Assembly: GCA_964016885.1 (NCBI GenBank)
Contig: OZ024742.1
Coordinates: 377,270,001 to 377,334,000, forward strand
Direction of reading: 5' to 3'
Source: Eledone cirrhosa
Taxonomy: Eukaryota
DNA length: 64,000 nucleotides
Below the pieces are notes generated by a model. The model had not been told where the DNA came from. It worked only from the letters and a program-made list of their open reading frames with translations, and did not search any database. Position numbers and translations under genes: made by a program. Positions 29,166 through 45,589 of the stretch are shown one piece after another. The number at the start of each line of letters is the position of its first letter. The first letter of the stretch is position 1.

Positions 29166-29247
29166 CCTTTACCGCACGGTTTCAAATCCCAAAATAAATT
29201 GATAATCCTGACGGACTTCCATTGAGAAGAGGATTCTCGTCAGAAGG
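29166..29247 (-). ncRNA. Type I hammerhead ribozyme motif
   Basis: Minus strand: cctt CTGACGA gaatcc...ggattt GAAA ccgtgcgg TA aagg. Its host repeat (29010-29250) is homologous to 37375-37990. Confidence 0.75.
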
Positions 29248-29541
29248 TTCTTCTCGCTCGGAGAATATAAAATTCCCGAGTTCAAATCACAAACTGGCGC
29301 CATACAAAACTGTTCCCGAATGAAAGTGAATGAGGAAGGGACCAATTCTGTCTAGTGCCGTGTGTAAAGACAGAAGGCAGCGGAGGACAGGTCAATGCCC
29401 TTATATATATACACACACATACATACATATATGTACGTAGCAAGCTTTCCCAAGGGGATACGGGTGCGGTATCGTAGAGCCCCCCCCACACGCACACACA
29501 CGCACACACACGCACGCACACGCACACACACACGCACACAC

Positions 29542-29613
<72 letters not shown>

Positions 29614-29694
29614 CTATTATCAGAAAAAGAAAAACGGACAAATAAAAAATCAATTAACTAAAATACTGCCAACAGCAACATACACATTCGACGG

Positions 29695-30445
29695 CTATCG
29701 CACGAAGACCATCATTAATAACCAAAGAACAGCTGAAGAGAAATGGGACATTGAGAAAATCAAACCCAATCCCAAAGTGTTCTTCTCATTTGCAAAAAAA
29801 AAACACAAGGTCACTGTCTCCACTCTTGGCTCTCTAATTGATGAAAATGGCACACTCCAAGATAATACCAAAGCGAAATACTGCAGAAACAATATTGCTC
29901 TGTTTTCAGCAATCCTTATATGGCCGATCTGGGCCGTATCAGTGATGTTAATCCCCAACACACTATATCGGACATAACGTTTGGCGCCCCTGATGTCTTA
30001 GCGGCAATAAACAACATTAAATTCAGCAGTAGGCCCGGATAGGTTCCCTGCTTGTGTCCTGAAGGTGTGTCGACACCAACTTGCATCTCCCCTTGCTAAT
30101 CTGTAGAGGAACTCACTGGATACTGGCTATATTCCTGAAAACTTTCTGTCCCAGTTTTCAAAAAGGGAAACAAGTCCCTTGCAGTCAACTACTGTCTGAT
30201 CTCACTCTTCTCTCAGATCATCAAGGTATTTGAGAGGGGGGTGAGATCATGAATAACCCAGTTTCTTGAAAGCAACGGACTGTTGAACTCCAACCAACAT
30301 GGATTCCGTAATGGAAGGGACTGCCTAACGCAGCTACTACATCACTTTGATGATGTTTTGTGAGCTTTGGGAGAGGGCTCCAACACTGATGTCATCTACC
30401 TTGATTTCAGCAAGGCCTCTGGCAGAGATCACCATATTCTACTGA
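29695..30445 (+). pseudogene. CR1-like LINE reverse transcriptase fragment
   Basis: Remnants KPNPKVFFSFAK, GPDRFPACVLK, KKGNKS..NY..ISL, QHGFRNGRDCLTQLL and DVIYLDFSKA, with many stops and frameshifts. Confidence 0.85.
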
Positions 30446-30829
30446 AAGAAACCGACGGAATGCCAAATCACGCACACACACACATACCCCCCCCCCACTT
30501 CTCACACACTTCTCACACACGCACGTACACACACACTCACGCACACACACTCACTCACTCACGCACACACAAGACATACTCACACACATACAACATACGT
30601 GCAGGCACACACACTCTCACATATGCGCGCGCGCGCACACACACATACACACACACATACACGCACATACACACACACATACACACACACACATGCACAC
30701 ACATACACACACATACACATACTCTCACCGCACACATTCACTCATACTCTCTCATACACATACACACACTCAGACAAACACGTTCACATGTTATTTTGTT
30801 TGTTTAAGTAATTCCATATATTACTGCTA

Positions 30830-31155
30830 GGTGGAGCTTCAGTCAACATGTTCTGCATTATGTAGTTACGACCCTTTAAGTTCTGATTTCCTATCGCACC
30901 AGGATCAATTTTGTCTTTCATTCCTCCTGGGTCAATAAAATAATGTACAGCCAGTTACTGGGGTTGATATAATCGAAATTTGCCACCCACCCCTCAAATA
31001 GCTGGCCTTGTACCCATGTTAGAAGGAATTATTAGGGTGGTGAATTTGGAAGAGTTGTTAGAGCGTCAGACAAAAAGTACCAGTCATGTACTGGGGTAGA
31101 TGTAACCGACTTCAACGGTCCACAAATTATTGGCGTTGTACATAAATTAGAAATC
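30830..31155 (+). mobile_element. Old diverged SINE copies (two adjacent)
   Basis: Degenerate match to the SINE core and tail; another copy at 31780-31952. Confidence 0.65.
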
Positions 31156-32118
31156 CATATATTATCGATCTGAAGAGTGATAGATGGACAGTATCGATAC
31201 AGTATTGGACTACATGTTTTTGGGGTATATACAGGGTTGTTCAGTTCTTCGAGGACACATATTTTAATAGGGTTTAAGGGTCAATACTGCTGACTATAAA
31301 GAGGTGTTGAGAGGGTTGTGAGGTCTTGATTAGAGAGAGGGAACAAAGGAAGACCGTACATCTACCAACAAGACTCTGCACCATCTTATAAGTCCAAGAT
31401 GACTTAAGAATGGATGAGTTACTATCTCCACAATCAAATCACCCCAAACAACTTCTCTCCTAGCTCCCCAGACTCGGTTGGACCACTACGTTTGGGACGT
31501 AGTCGAGAGGAAAGCTAATCAATGTCCCCCATAACATTCTAAATTCTCCGAAGTCCACCATAAATAACACAATATCTAAAATAAAGATCATCTGATTCAG
31601 GTATGTCAATGTTTCAGACCTTGTATTTGAAGCAGTCATCAATACCAACAACAGATTCATTGAGATGTGTCAAGAAGAGTTTCAAGATTACTCTTGCCAA
31701 TTTCTTTCTCAAATAAAACCTTTCTTTCATGACTTTTGCGTGTTTTACTAAATTCACACATAGAACAGAGCAGCCCTGTAGTTACGTCCCTTTATCTTCT
31801 AAGTTCAAATCCCACCGGAGTCAAATTTGCCTTTCATATTTCCCATATTTCTAGGATTGATAAAATAAAGTACCAGTGAAATACTGGGGTCGATTTAATC
31901 GATTTCCTCTTCCCCACTTTAAATGTTTGTCCCTGTGCTTAAAGTAGAAATTATTATATCATCTCTGAAAAACTGAATAATGTGTCTTCGTAATTAAGCT
32001 CCATGCTAAACCTTACACGAAGAAATAAAGTCGTTAGCATAACAAAGTATTTATTTCCATTGCAAATAAAGTCATTCCGAGTTGGAAAATAAAAGAAACT
32101 TGTTACGAAGAAGCGAAG

Positions 32119-32355
32119 AATAAAACTACATAACACCACAATAAAACTACAATAACACCACAATAAAACTACAATAACACCACAATAAAACCACAATAAA
32201 ACTACAATAAAACTACAATACAACTACAACAAAACCACAATAAAACTACAATAAAACTACAATAAAACTACAATAAAACTACAATAAAACTACAATAAAA
32301 CCACAATAAAAGTACGATAAAACCACAATAAAAGTACAATAAAACTACAATAAAA
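32119..32355. repeat. 11-bp tandem repeat (acaataaaact)n
   Basis: Directly visible. Confidence 0.93.
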
Positions 32356-32395
32356 ACCGTAACATACACGCTGCAATAGTTATAAACATGTCGAA

Positions 32396-32530
<135 letters not shown>

Positions 32531-32786
32531 TTGTAATAAAATGAAAACGAAATTTCATTTCTCACTCTTAGTACGGCACTTACATAAATGTATGTATGTA
32601 TGTATACGTAAATTCAGGCTGTTCAGTTTGTTTACAAATGAACAAAGCGGGCGCTATAATAAGCGTCCGCTAAACTTATGCGTACATATATGTCTGTGTA
32701 CCTGTATCTATATATGTATATATATATATATATGCATGTTATTTTACGTCTGTATACATATATGTATGTACGTATACATACATACT

Positions 32787-32825
<39 letters not shown>

Positions 32826-33080
32826 ATAATAATAAAATTGAAGACTAAAATCCAATACGTTTATATAATTATTTATTTATTTGTACACAAGCATACACAC
32901 ATACACATATTTATATGTGTGTGGTTTTGTATACCTATGGTAAGGTTTTGCGTATGCTTGTGTATGTACGTATCTGTTTGCGTGTATGTATTTATTTGTT
33001 TCTATTACTTCTGTATTGTATTTATTTACTTTGTTCTTAACTCTGTAACGGAGATTCATTCGGTCTCCTAGTTAGAATTT

Positions 33081-33340
33081 TAGTCTACAACTTCTGCTAT
33101 ACCATTTACGTGGTTTTGTCTTTGCGTGCTATTGTTCTCCACGCCCCACATATGACTTATTATCTTCGTTTTTTCGTTCATTGCCAGAGAACGTCTCTAT
33201 GCACCACTTAGAGAAAATTAGTCTACGACCTCTTTTATACCATAAACGTGGTTCTGTCTTTGCGCGTAATTGATTTTCACCGCTCCTCTTAATGACGTAT
33301 TATTCGTTTTTTCCCGTTCTTTGCCAGCGAACGTCACCAC
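33081..33340. repeat. Diverged ~138-bp tandem duplication
   Basis: tagtctac..cttc/t..tataccat..acgtggtt.tgtctttgcg recurs at about 33081 and 33219. Confidence 0.7.
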
Positions 33341-33486
33341 GAACCAAAGTATCGTCTTCCTGTCTTCCTCCGGTTGCAACGTTTTTTGAAATATCCAGTT
33401 CTGCGTTTACAGATTGACTTTGTTAGTTTCAGAAGATCCCGTTCAGGGTGAAAGCAGCGATTCTTTGCTTAAACTTTAATCTGTTA

Positions 33487-33587
<101 letters not shown>

Positions 33588-33627
33588 TATATATATATAC
33601 ACATATATACATACATACATATATATA

Positions 33628-33669
<42 letters not shown>

Positions 33670-33701
33670 TATATATATATACATATATACATACATACAT
33701 T

Positions 33702-33750
<49 letters not shown>

Positions 33751-33818
33751 GCCTATATACACATATACATATAATGCATATATAATATATATACACACAG
33801 ACACATATATATATATAC

Positions 33819-33891
<73 letters not shown>

Positions 33892-33917
33892 TATATATAT
33901 GTATATATATATGTATG

Positions 33918-34008
<91 letters not shown>

Positions 34009-34230
34009 GTGAATGTGGGCATATATATATGTATGTATATGCGAAGAAAATAATTGGAACCACCGAGTAAAATATGTGAATGGAATGACACATAATAAGA
34101 ATATCATTATTTCTTTAGAGAATGAGAAAGTTGGGATAGAAAACAAGGTGTTACCTTTATAGAGAGTGGAATAAGGGTATTAATATACATATACATATAC
34201 ATGTATGTATATATGTATATATATATATAT

Positions 34231-34800
34231 GTCAGGTCACCAGTTGGTGCTACTGGTAACATGTATTCCAGTACAACCTGTCCCATGGTCGGGTCGTTGG
34301 CGACTAAACTGGCAACCCCATCAAATTTTCTTGGTGAGGAGGGTGACTTTGGACATCCTGCAGGACTAAAAACAAAACCTGTCGAAGGGCAAAGGATCTC
34401 TTAAGAGTCACCGGAAGAGGCAGAATTCTAGGAGAAGGAAAACTCTGATATAACACCTGCAACCCTGATGGTATCCAATGATGTTGATTTGTTCTTCTTT
34501 TTGGTAAATATCATCTTGGTTAAGAGAGTGGGACTGGCTTTGTGCAGTGCCTTTGCTCACTATAAAAGCTTCACGGCACAGGCATTGCTTTATATCTGGA
34601 GATCTCTCTGCACCTGTCGTCACATGGTACCATGGGCCCAGCACTATGTGTCAATAATTGTCACAAGTGTAGTGTTTGTACCAGAGTTTTCAAGTCGCTG
34701 GCTGGACTAAAAAGTCACACTCGTTCAGCGCATCGGTAGGGGTTCTCCTACATGGATATAAAGTAGTGGCCGTACTCGAAAACGTGTTGGCAGCCACCAT
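34231..34800 (+). mobile_element. ~570 bp dispersed non-autonomous retroelement, copy 2
   Basis: Homologous to 1976-2585 with a ~40-bp internal deletion. Confidence 0.75.
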
Positions 34801-34821
34801 ATATGTATGTATATATATATG

Positions 34822-34942
<121 letters not shown>

Positions 34943-35065
34943 CAGGAGATTGTGTAGTTGGTAGTTAAGGTAGCTTAAATAACCGTGACCCCCAGTACAC
35001 AACTGATGAGGACCCCCCCTCCCTAGTACTTGCTTTCTACTTATTGTCATTCTATTTTAAGGTAC

Positions 35066-35124
<59 letters not shown>

Positions 35125-35190
35125 TGTATATATATATGTACATATATATATGCTGCAAAACTTCGATTCTACTTATTTTCTCTCCCTCTC

Positions 35191-35307
<117 letters not shown>

Positions 35308-35436
35308 TGTAATAAACAAGATAAGATAATTAATTCATTTACCAAAGGTTTCGCGAAGACAGACGAGCTTGATACCTACATCTGTAGCCTACATAGAGCA
35401 CTCTCTTTTCCTTTACCTTTTCTACGGAAATACTTC

Positions 35437-35499
<63 letters not shown>

Positions 35500-35527
35500 A
35501 TCAAAAGATGATAAAAAGAGTTCCAAG

Positions 35528-35598
35528 TATTTTATTATGCGCATTTCAAAAACAAATATCATCATGAGATGACATCTGCGTTTTCATCAGATAAAATA
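35528..35598 (-). ncRNA. Type I hammerhead ribozyme (left arm)
   Basis: Mirror of 35721-35791. Confidence 0.82.
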
Positions 35599-35720
35599 GG
35601 GATACATGATATGAAGGTTAAAAAACACTTGTGAATAGTGAAGTTTTAAATCAACATATATATGTTGATTTAAAACTTCACTATTCACAAGTGTTTTTTA
35701 ACCTTCATATCATGTATCCC

Positions 35721-35791
35721 TATTTTATCTGATGAAAACGCAGATGTCATCTCATGATGATATTTGTTTTTGAAATGCGCATAATAAAATA
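35721..35791 (+). ncRNA. Type I hammerhead ribozyme (right arm)
   Basis: tattttat CTGATGA aaacgcagatgtcatc-tcat-gatgatatttgttttt GAAA tgcgca TA ataaaata. 8-bp stem I, long stem II, palindromic stem III. Confidence 0.85.
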
Positions 35792-35912
35792 CTTGGAACT
35801 CTTCTAACCATCTTTTGATCTTATATCATTTATACTCCAGTCCTACAAACTGTAGAGTGCTACTTATCCGATATTTGCATTGCTTTATTGTACTACAATA
35901 AAACTCACCTCC

Positions 35913-35953
<41 letters not shown>

Positions 35954-36003
35954 CAATACACTATATATACATTCATATATATATAGCTATTTCAGAGCGC
36001 CAA

Positions 36004-36055
<52 letters not shown>

Positions 36056-36064
<9 letters not shown>

Positions 36065-37007
36065 ATAAATCATGTCTACAGAATTATTAGATAAACAAAA
36101 TATATACTCCATTTCCTCTGCCAAACAGCACAATCAACCATATAAAAAATCAATTATACTAAGCCATAAGGATAAAAGCTCCTATGAAGAAATCTCAGAC
36201 AAACAAACGTGAGTGGCTTCTTCGCGGTATCCACAGCAGGTTATTTATCCAACATTTCGACAGCATGCATAAATCGACCAAGTACATAATTAACCATATG
36301 CAATTCGGTGTAAAATCAAACATAGAAGAACTGTGTACATACCGTAACTAGATCGCTACTATGGTTTCATCCGTATTTTTAGATATCCTATTAATAGGAA
36401 ATCCATTGAGTTTGGAATCATCAGGAGATAAACTCAAAAATAGACACTTAGTATTCCAAGCCGATCGCGCCAAAATTGGATTAAAAAATGGCTAAGAATC
36501 ACACTATGGCCGTGGTCAAGTTGGAAAGAATGTGATTGGCTGTTGACCACGGCCATAGTGTGATTCTTAGCCATTTTTGAATCCAATTTTGGCGCGATCG
36601 GCTTGGAATACTAAGTGTCTATTTTTGAGTTTATCTCCTGATGATTCCAAACTCAATGGATTTCCTATTAATAGGATATCTAAAAATACGGATGAAACCA
36701 TAGTAGCGATCTAGTTACGGTATGTACACAGTTCTTCTATGTTTGATTTTACACCGAATTGCATATGGTTAATTATGTACTTGGTCGATTTATGCATGCT
36801 GTCGAAATGTTGGATAAATAACCTGCTGTGGATACCGCGAAGAAGCCACTCACGTTTGTTTGTCGGAGATTTCTTCATAGGAGCTTTTATCGTTATGGCT
36901 TAGTATAATTGATTTTTTATATGGTTGATTGTGCTGTTTGGCAGAGGAAATGGAGTATATATTTTGTTTATCTAATAATTCTGTAGACATGATTTATAAT
37001 AATATAT
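36056..37007. repeat. Long inverted repeat (~464-bp arms, 23-nt spacer) with a hammerhead-like motif in each arm (36352-36429 minus; 36633-36710 plus)
   Basis: Arms differ at about 3 positions by eye. Motif atctc CTGATGA ttcc...ggat GAAA ccatag TA gcgat. Confidence 0.92.
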
Positions 37008-37091
37008 TGCTCTGAGTATTTAATTTATTAATTCTTCATAGAGCTAAAAAGTGACCGGTTGTAACATATATAAATTTATGTATATGTAAAC

Positions 37092-37151
<60 letters not shown>

Positions 37152-37156
<5 letters not shown>

Positions 37157-37279
37157 TGAGATTCTACAGGACTGTTTCATTCTTTAGAAATCATCAGGAT
37201 GATTTCTAAAGAATGAAACAGTTCTAGTCCTGTAGAATCTCATCTATATTAAAACTTTTATACTCTGCTATGCATTGAG

Positions 37280-37285
<6 letters not shown>
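37152..37285. repeat. Short inverted repeat with truncated hammerhead core and tail
   Basis: gatgagattctacaggact...agtcctgtagaatctcatc. Minus strand reads CTGATGA tttctaaagaat GAAA cagtc. Confidence 0.75.
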
Positions 37286-37370
<85 letters not shown>

Positions 37371-37374
<4 letters not shown>

Positions 37375-37631
37375 CGGAAACAAGTATTATCCAACCGTGT
37401 GCCAATGTGGTTCTATAGCGGGTTAATAAATTAACAAGCCAGAACATATAAAATCAAGGTCTAGCAAATAGAGAAAAAGTTTTTAAATAAATCCAAGCGG
37501 ACTTCCATTGGAAGTCCGCTTGGATTTACCGTTTATTCTGGAGCTTGAAACCGCGGTAAAGGCACTTATAGTATGTATACAGAATTTTTTTAAATTTATT
37601 TAAAAACTTTTTCTCTATTTGCTAGACCTTG

Positions 37632-37727
<96 letters not shown>

Positions 37728-37990
37728 CAAGGTCTAGCAAATAGAGAAAAAGTTTTTAAATAAATTAAAAAAAATTCTGTATACTTACTATAAGTGCCTT
37801 TACCGCGGTTTCAAGCTCCAGAATAAACGGTAAATCCAAGCGGACTTCCAATGGAAGTCCGCTTGGATTTATTTAAAAACTTTTTCTCTATTTGCTAGAC
37901 CTTGATTTTATATGTTCTGGCTTGTTAATTTATTAACCCGCTATAGAACCACATTGGCACACGGTTGGATAATACTTGTTTCCGTATATG
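37371..37990. repeat. Nested inverted repeat around a central (TA)n tract
   Basis: 37371-37640 mirrors 37720-37990. Each arm holds internal palindromes (aaatccaagcggacttcc-att-ggaagtccgcttggattt) and a hammerhead 3' half GAAA ccgcgg TA aagg. Confidence 0.88.
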
Positions 37991-38022
37991 TATTTTTTAC
38001 GCGTAGGAATTCATACTTTATT

Positions 38023-38116
<94 letters not shown>

Positions 38117-38119
38117 AAA

Positions 38120-38335
38120 GAATAGACTGTCCATAGATCCCAAATTAAAATAAGGGAATACAAGAAAATACCACTGAGTGAACACATTGATACCTGTGCC
38201 GTCCAAAATCATCCCAACTTTAGAATCTTTCCCCTCTACAACTTTAAAGATAATGTCACCCACACCCAGCGCATCAGCAAGGAATCTCACTTTATTAACA
38301 AATACGGACCCCCGTCTAAACACTTCTCCCTAAGA
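38120..38335 (+). pseudogene. PLE GIY-YIG C-terminal fragment (second family)
   Basis: Manual translation SEHIDTCAVQNHPNFRIFPLYNFKDNVTHTQRISKESHFINKYGPRLN fits the R..E..I.....P.LN end of PLE endonucleases. Confidence 0.6.
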
Positions 38336-38819
38336 CAAACCCACAACATAGACACGTCAACATACATACCTACATCAGCATACATCCTACATACATCTCT
38401 ATCCACATATAAACACAATGGCATACGTAAACACACATGTTCTATGGTGCAACACAAATATACACAAATTTGCATACCTTTTGATGTCTATAGATATAAA
38501 CGTGCCGACACACACACATACATATACGCACACATGCATTGCACACTGATGGGCACATACATATTTGTACACAAGTATTCCAAAACGGCAGGGCCTAATG
38601 GATTCCCCTTGCAGTACGTACAATCTGGACACTCACACACACCCTGGTGTTATAACAATACTATATATATATCATTTCACACCTTTTATTATTAAGGTTT
38701 TTGATGTTCTCTTGAGAGAATCGTTTTTGCTGAAAATATCGAATAATGTACACCATTTTTACCAGTATCACAAAAATACTGGTCCACCCCCCCCCACACA
38801 CACACACACATACACACTT

Positions 38820-38854
<35 letters not shown>

Positions 38855-39014
38855 CACACACACATACACACGCGTACACTAACATACAAAGAGACATACA
38901 CACACACACACACACTTCTCCGTATAAGACAAGAGCTGAAAAATATCTTTCAACATGTTAAAATATCCCCACACACGTACAGACACATTCCTACTGACCG
39001 ATCCCTCTACCACG

Positions 39015-39103
<89 letters not shown>

Positions 39104-39957
39104 CTGTCTTAATAGGTACCTGAACTGTTGACCTTTCAACATGACTGCAATTCACACACACATCCCTACTGACCATTATCATTAACAATGAACCTCTTTA
39201 CTACAGACACACACACACACATATTTGTCTTAAAAGACCTATTTTTCAGTGACTTCTCAATCAGGCGAAAAAGGATACTCTTCGACAAACCTACATTTGG
39301 CGCAAAATCAATTTTTAACATTCACGTAACCTCTACCGACCAATCAAAATTGTTTTGACCACAAGAATTTTCGCAACACGAATTGGCGCGAACTTATTTT
39401 AATACCTTTGGAGCCACTTTTTTTTACATAAAACAGGTAGAATTTCCAAAACTAATCAGATTAGAGCAAACATCACGGGCGCTCTATCTCAAAATTATTT
39501 TTGAAAAGCATTAGAAATGCGCAACCTGTAAAGACTTAAAACTAAAACTGAATACTAACCAATACTTATTACTAATTTTTACTTATTCCTAATTAAACTA
39601 TTTTTCACTGGGAACAATTTGTCAGCATTTTCTTTTCCTTTTACCTATATATATATATATATACAAATCAGGATGGATTTAGTTCGAAACTTGTTAGACC
39701 ATTACTCAACAGAGTACTCAATACTTGGTGTAGTAAAGTATGGTTATGTAATAAGGAGTCGGGACTTGACGGCTGAGCTTTTGCCGTTTCAACAACTAAT
39801 TCTGGACCCTATATCTACTCTATATATTTTACCTGTATATATATATATATATATATCCGGGGAGTGTAACTTGGATTTACTGTAGGTTCACCCGGGTGAG
39901 CACTCGATGTTTAGGTTCACTTCAGTGTGGAGGTGTAGAGCTATACAGAGTGTATTA

Positions 39958-43702
<3,745 letters not shown>

Positions 43703-44144
43703 TATATATATACACACACATATAATATACAATTTTCTTCTAATGATATCTGTCATTGGTCTATTTCAATTTGTTAGTTTATCGATCTTATTTCTCGGAG
43801 CGCTAAGTCATGCATATAAAGAGACAGACACAATATAAACAACCACAACAATATTGAAGGTTGTTATAACCACTAACCGAGGACTAATAAGCGAGGGCCA
43901 CTACTGGTATCAAATGTCACGAATACCTGAGAGGTAGCTAATAACTCTGCCTTTATACCACCATCGGGGAACATGTGTTAACTAATAGTTATATTCCATT
44001 GCAAAGAATCTGAAAATAGTCGTAGTTTTTAGAACAGCACAATGGCTAATGTAGGACCTCACAACAAATTAATGGAACAAGAGAAAGGCCCAGAGAAGGA
44101 CAATGTATAAAGAGAGTAAAGAAGGAATAGAAGCAAAACAAATA

Positions 44145-44367
44145 ATAATGGTTTCTGATATAGTCACAAGGCCAGTAATTTGGAGAGAAGGAAAGTCGAT
44201 CAAATCGACCCCAGTGCGTTACTGGTACTTTATTTTATCGACCCCATAAGGATGAAAGGCAAAGCTAACCTCACCGGGTTTTGAACTCAGATCGTAAAGG
44301 GCCATAATTCTATGCTGCAAAGCATGGTGTCCGACTCTTTACCGATTACTGCCAATCCATCACCCTT
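44145..44367 (-). mobile_element. tRNA-derived SINE
   Basis: Reverse complement of the SINE head, B box and core. Confidence 0.88.
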
Positions 44368-44372
44368 ATAAC

Positions 44373-44407
<35 letters not shown>

Positions 44408-44408
<1 letters not shown>

Positions 44409-45370
44409 GGGAAGAAGACGCACGAGGTGACGGAGGTCATGAAATCGCTCCCGTAAGTTTTGAATTTTTAACATATTTAAATCATTTGTGAAATAACAAC
44501 TCTTAGTACAAATGCTACGTAAAGCACCCGGCTTGAGCCCCAAAAAAATTCGGACCCAAAATATATTGTTATAAGGCTCAAATATTCAAATATTCAACTT
44601 TGTATTGTACACTGTATATCCAAAAAAAAATGGCTATAAATGGAAGAAGAAGAACCCCCCCCCTCCTCTCCTCTGGCTACACTATATAGGACAGCTAAAC
44701 TCACCAACACCAGAAACTAGATACACCACCCACCCCATCATCTGTGTACACTAAACACAACAGCATTTTCACCTTCACCGCCACCGCTCACTACGGCCAT
44801 CATTACCACCACTATCCCATCACCGCCGCCACCACCCCTTGACTCCTTCACTGCTGCTACCACCGCTACAGCACCATCACTACAGTAATACGGCTCAAAT
44901 ATTCAAATATTCAACTTTGTATTGTACACTGTATATCCAAAAAAATAAAAATAAAATGGCTATAAATGGAAGAAGAAGAACCCCCCCCCCCCCTCCTCTC
45001 CTCTGGCTACACTATATAGGACAGCGAAACTCACCAACACCAGAAACTAGATACACCACCCACCCCATCATCTGTGTACACTAAACACAACAGCATTTTC
45101 ACCTTCACCGCCACCGCTCACTACGGCCATCATTACCACCACTATCCCATCACCGCCGCCACCACCCCTTGACTCCTTCACTGCTGCTGCCACCGCTACA
45201 GCACCATCACTACAGTAATACGGTCGCATCACCGCCACCACTGCCTCGGTATCGACATCACCACCACCACTGTCTCAGTATCGCCAACGCCGCCAGTCTC
45301 TGCTGGCTACCACTTCCACATTATAGAATTCCTACTACTAACAAAGAGGAAGGCATCAAAATATATAGAT
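44408..45370. repeat. Unclassified dispersed repeat, copy 1, with an internal ~330-bp tandem duplication
   Basis: Starts gggaagaagacgcacg...tcatgaaatcgctcccgtaag directly after (TAA)n; homologous to 49412-50030. 44574-44890 is repeated at 44892-45222. Confidence 0.8.
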
Positions 45371-45589
45371 AGACTCAAAAGAAAAAAGAAAAAAACAAAC
45401 AACAAAAGCAGCACAGCAACAACAGTAAAAAACGAGAAAAACAGAGAAAAACAAAAACAAAAAAAGAAACCCCAAAAACGTAAAGAAAATAAGAATGAAG
45501 AGAGAAGCAGGCGGACGGACAGAGAAGAGGGGGGAAAAAGTAAAACTTAAAAAACAAAAACTAAGTCAGACATTCAAATACTACATTAC

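Larger units (their letters stand above)
35494..35825. repeat. Spacerless palindrome (~165-bp arms) in (TA)n
   Basis: Centre aaatcaacatatatatgttgattt near 35660; arms almost identical. Confidence 0.95.
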
